Both the position numbers and the translations under genes were made by a program. A model generated the notes under the pieces. It did no database searches, had not been told where the DNA came from, and was given only the letters and a program-made list of their open reading frames with translations. Shown here piece after piece: positions 59,005 to 64,000 of a DNA stretch of 64,000 nt (position 1 is the stretch's first letter; each line of letters opens with the position of its first letter). This stretch comes from Camelus ferus (lineage: Eukaryota), in NCBI RefSeq assembly GCF_009834535.1, contig NC_045713.1:23436001-23500000 (forward strand), given 5' to 3'.

Positions 59005-59240
59005 ATACCTGTATCTGTATCTGTGTCCGTGGGTGTAGCAGGCTGTGTGTCTATAGATCTGTGTATCGATGTCTCTGTCTTTATCTGTCTTGGCACTTTT
59101 ATTCCTGCATCTGTGTTTCCATATCTGTATGTCTACACTTAATCTAAGTCTCTGTATCTCTAGCTATATCTCTATGGGGACGTCTATGTTTCCATCTATA
59201 CCTATACTTATATATTTAGCTTCATTTTTATGTGTATTTA
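59005..59240. repeat. Degenerate (TATCTG/TATC)n low-complexity tract
   Basis: Recurrent tgtatc, tatctg and tgtcta units over about 235 bp. Confidence 0.7.
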
Positions 59241-61744
59241 TGTCTATACCAGCAAAGAGAGGGAGGGAGGAGGGAGAGAGCACTACAATCCGTCCTAAGA
59301 AATGGGGATGCAGCCATGAATGAGCCATTGCTATTTTGGCATAAAGCCCTCAGGAGGGACTTGCATCCCACAAACATATCTTGAATGAATTGCAATTGTG
59401 GTGAGCACTATAAAGGAAAAATACCAGGTTAAAATAAGAATCTCATCCCAGCAGGGGCCACTGGGGGGACGCAGGAGACAGTCCTAGATCCTTATGCAGT
59501 GCAGGTGGTCCGTATAGGCAGACATCAGCTTTTGTGAAAAACACTTCATTGCAGAAAGAGTCGTCACTTGACACAAAGTGGAACCACTCACAGACGTCTC
59601 TTGAGGAAGAAGGGGGACACTTTTAATCATGTAGAGGGCTGTATCTAACTTACTATTTGTTGCATATCCTGGACTTAGTTGTTAGTGTTTTTTAATGCAC
59701 TAGAATTTCCATCTAGATAAACTCTGGCTCTTAATTCAGCAGGGGATTCTGACTTACCTTTTCCCAGACCAGTCTTTTTCTCTCCCATCCCATTATGGCA
59801 GGCAGATCCTTCCACCTTTCAGAGCTTCGGAAATGGAATGAGTATCATTTGACTCCGCACAAGAGAATTTCTGTGAATTGTACCTTATGCTTGGACCTCA
59901 AAGCCAGTTTCTCTCTCTTTCCTTCCTCTCTGACGTTTACAAGCACACCCTTTGTGGTGACATTAGCAAATGCCCACGACGAAAGGATGTTGTGCTGGGG
60001 AGACTGAATTCACAATTAAGTAAAGAGACAGGTGAACTCAGGAAAATGACACTGCTTTGTGGTTGCATTTTCATTTAATTCACCCCTAGACGTGACCCAT
60101 CCTGCTGCTATTCTCTGTCATCGCACCTTGTGTCTTTCCTTTGTAGCTCTTGTCACAGTTACTCATTATGTGCATTTTTATATTTTTGTTTTCTTATGGT
60201 ATCATTTCTCCCCCACTATCTATAGGCTTCCTGAAGATAGGGACCTTCTCTGTTTTATTCACCCGTGCACATCACTGCCAGGCACCTGTTTGGCACTCCA
60301 TAAATATCTGTGGTTTGAATACATGAATGAATTCACAGATATCTCCTCATGCGCTGCTTCCCAATACTAATGTTTTATAACAAACATAAATTTTAGCAAA
60401 TACGTTGAAACTAGAAAACCTGAAATTGATTCTCTGCTTAAAAGTTGAGATGCATATAAGTGCTAATTAAAAGTCTCTTCAATTGTGCACTTTCACTATG
60501 TATGTTTTACGCCAAGAAAAAGTAGCTTCTTTAAGCTAAGACACACAGCTTAAAATATCCTGTGAAATGTTAAAAATTAGCAGCAGGAAATAATTTGAAT
60601 GAACAAAATAACTTGGTCCCCAAACAGTTGTTTTAGAGGAGAAAGGCAATGATTTCAGCTAGGATTTATCCAGTCACAAAACACTCTCTTAAGCCAGCAA
60701 GAAATTTATATTCTTTCAAAGCTGAGGGAAAATCAAAACCCACAAGCGACTCTTCCCTTCCCATAGCTGTTTCGTACATGGCTCAGTTTCTGGAGATCTG
60801 AGATAATCATTTTGTCCTTGAGAGTCTCGTGGCTGTGCTCTCGGAGACTTTTGGTTTAAAATCTTAGGATTTGATCCTGCTCAGAGAAACAAGGCATGAG
60901 CACCTGCGAAGCATCTGAAATCAGCCACTGCCAGAGGCTGGCAGCTGTACCTGCCTTTCCATTCTGATGTGCCCTCTGCAAGGTGAGGGCAAGAATACAA
61001 ACTCAGCTTGTGGGAAATGCCTTTGTTCCGGATCCATCCCACGTTCCTAGGGTTTGTTTTGGGATCACAACCTTGGCAACTTTCTTTTTTCCTTAGTGCA
61101 CTTTAGATTTTTTAAGCATCGTATAGCTGTGTGTGTGTGTGTGTGTGTTGGTGCATATAGATGTACCTTTGCAGGTGCAAGAAAATAAATCATCCAAAGC
61201 CGGGCTTCCCCTTGGCATGTGCTGATGAAACTTTGACCCAAGGTTTTATCTCTTTGAGGCCCTTGTGCAAGGACTGCCATTAAGACCAAAGCATGTGGAA
61301 GCACAGGGATGCTCTTGGGGAGGCACGTTGGACCATGTGTGTCTGTTCAAATGGAATTTATATTCACTGCTAGTGCCCTTTGTTGTAAAGGGCTGTGAGG
61401 AACCAGTGGAGGCTGCGTAGGCAGGCAGACTGTGGGAGCGAAAACTGACCCTCTCTGGGGTCAAGCAGCTGTGTTCTGCCACTTTTTGTCACATTCTACA
61501 GAAGTCACCTTAGCTTCTCTGAGCCTTGGTTTTCTCGTCTCATACTTGGGGATAAAAGGGCTCATTTACTGAGTTTATGAGCTGGCTAAGGCCTTAGCAT
61601 GGATTATCTGAACACTCTCTGCCGGATAATCCCAGGATGTCGTCATTGCTCTCATTATCATTCCGATTTTGACAAAAGGGGAAACCACGGTTCACACTGG
61701 TCATGTGGGGTGCTACCAGGGCCCCCCTGCTCTGAAGTGAATTC

Positions 61745-62400
61745 TCTGCCACCAACTGGGTGTCCTGAATGTCAATTCAGTTATGACAGCAACTACGCAG
61801 AATTAGCGAAGACCCCACAAGCTATGGGTGAGGTCCTTCACAAGACTGGTCCCGCTTCACAAGCAAGCCACACAGTTTAGATGTCCTCAAACCACTCATA
61901 CTTCTGCCCCACCGACTGTGAATTCAGGACTTCTTATCACCCACTACCACCACCACCCCCTGCCTTCAGGTTCAATAATTTGCTAGAAACAACTCACAGA
62001 ACTCAGAGATGTGCTGTCTTTTTATTATGATTTATTCTAAATGATACAAATAAACAGCCAGATGAAGGCTACACAGGGCAGAGACTGGGGGGATCCCATG
62101 TGCAGAAGTTTCCATCTCCATGGAGTCTAGATGCATCACCTTCCTGGTACATTGAAATGTTCACCAATTTGGAAACACCACTGAGCCTCAGTTTCCAGAG
62201 TTTTTATTGGGGTTTCATCTTGTAGGCACGATTGATTAAATTACTAGCCATGTAACTGAATTTCACCTACAGCCACATGCTCCTCCCTGGAGGTTCAACT
62301 GACCCAGAGTGCCAACTCTGTCATCACATGGTTGGTTTTTCTGCTGTCTCAGCTGATGCTATGCAGGGGCCTGCCACGGTCCACCACACCACCTACCCAT
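61745..62400 (-). mobile_element. MER21-type LTR (approximate ends)
   Basis: caggttcaataatttgctagaaacaactcacagaactcag...cagccagatgaagg...cagggcagag...agtttttattggggtttcatc...gcacgattgattaaattactagccatg. Confidence 0.75.
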
Positions 62401-64000
62401 ATCTCCTCATCCTTCCTCTTCAGTGTGCTCCAACCTGGCTTCCAGCAGCCAACCTGCATTTCGTTGCCCAAGAGCTTTGTTGTGCCAGAGGTAGCCTTGT
62501 TCCCCAGACAGCAAGCTGGAAATACCAGAGTTTACATACCCCTGGGGACACCCATTCTTATAGGGAGGCAAGCAGTTTGTACCAGTTTCACATGGTGAAT
62601 GAATGGAGGAGTGAGGATTGAACCCGGAGAGTCAGAATTCAGGAATCCTACTAGGATGAAAGGAGACAGTAGGTTGTGATGGCCCCTAATCGTGCCAACT
62701 GGGCTCCGTTACGTTCAAAAATGATTATTAACAGTAATAATCATTCAGAGGTCCAAGCAAAATTGTCCTTCCTTCCAGAGAGCCATGTGTCCAGAGGTGA
62801 CCCTGAGAAAGGATCCACCTGCATGAATAACTTGATCAGCGTGGTGATGTGTATGTTCATAACTTCTGTTTTGTGTGTTCCCCGTGGACACATGCCTTTG
62901 TTATTAATTATTCATCTATCTTCCAATATAATTTTAGATCTGGTGATAATTTCTGAATTTCTCTATTTATAGAAAACTTTGAACTTCATCAATATTAAAA
63001 TGCCCTATTATCTACATGCAGACTGCTTTTTTCTATGGCCATAGAAATTATGTAATTATTACCAGAACCATTAATTAAATTTGAAAATAGATAAATAATG
63101 GATAGGGATGCTATTTATGAGTTGAAAATGAAAATCATCCTCCCTTCTGTCACCTTTGATGAGCTTAGCTGACTATGTGCTCTCAGCTTTTGTCATTGAA
63201 TGTCTTTATGTTACTTGGGACACAATAAGCAATTCGTTGTAAGAAATAAGTCTTGTACAATGATCAATTTTCAGGGGTGATTAAAAGCTGTTCTTAGTAA
63301 AACAATCAAAAAGTGGCCCTGTCACAGTGGTCAGATAGTAGAATTTCCCTATTCTTTAAGGTAAAAACTTGACTCTTCATGGAGGGTAAGTCCCCAAGAA
63401 AAGAAAGGATATGTATGCTGGGAACTAGCCTGGAACACTTTCATACCCTCTTTATGGTGAAATAATGCATTTGTGGATTTCCTCTGGTCAACCTCCCTGA
63501 CTTCATTCTTCCGTGTCTGCCTTTAAAAAATGCTTTCTGGTTATTATATCTGGTTGATGGGAGAAGCCCATTTATTTAGTTCACAGTGTCCATGAACCCC
63601 ACCTGCGCCCTTAAATCAGCAACCTATAAAAGCTGTCTTTTGACTCTTCTTATTAGATTTGAGTTCTCAAATGGAAACTTTCACGAATGGCTTTGAAACC
63701 TTTTTATTTTTACTGTGACCAGCAATAAAAGATGCATTCATGTTGCCATATCCCACACTCACCTACAATAATGGAATGAATGTTTCACAAGCACTTGGAT
63801 ATGTTCTCATTTATTTCCTTTTAGAAGACAGCGCCGGCCGTAAACAGTCCTCCTGACTTTATGACTGCTGGTGGGCGTGCAGCTCACTGCTGTAGATACC
63901 TCGGAGCCACAGTGATCTGATTCATTGAGCAAGGAGCCTAACATGCTTGCACTTCCGTCTGCCTGTGTTTCCGGAGCTACTGCAGGGTGGGGTTGATATT

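Noticed and set aside
60767-60982. 216-nt + strand exon candidate; likewise 13056-13204 and 63361-63385
   Set aside because: The first two have stops in all frames and the third is 25 nt and frame-shifting. Splice sites are only moderate, within the expected pseudo-exon background.
1-64000. CRISPR array, operon, rRNA or other prokaryotic or viral system
   Set aside because: There is no repeat-spacer periodicity, dense ORF packing or recognisable viral gag/pol/env; the sequence is typical mammalian repeat-rich DNA.

Overview
This is mammalian non-coding DNA, almost certainly from a camelid (alpaca, llama or camel): it carries three tRNA-derived SINEs of the camelid Vic-1 type. I found no protein-coding gene I can name, no true tRNA or rRNA gene and no CRISPR array. 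The only ORFs that resemble known proteins are decayed LINE-1 ORF2 fragments. A large part of the window is recognisable transposable-element relics: young artiodactyl-type L1 3' ends, older L1M pieces, L2, MIR, MaLR (MLT1) and ERV1 solo LTRs, MER21 and hAT MITEs. Several have target-site duplications (TSDs) readable by eye, and two L1s show twin-priming 5' inversions. Poly-T versus poly-A skew and young-L1 orientation suggest, weakly, that the window lies in intron(s) of a + strand transcription unit. The best leads are a 27-nt in-frame + strand microexon candidate at 3553-3579 with SRRM4- and RBFOX-type motifs, a ~3 kb TE-poor block at 21.1-24.0 kb (hairpin, palindrome, Sox-Oct, RBPJ and NF-kB-like motifs), an inverted SINE pair that could form dsRNA, and a CTCF-like site. 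All repeat family names come from recalled consensus similarity rather than a database search. Repeat boundaries without a TSD are approximate. I cannot support a claim of a novel multi-gene system here.
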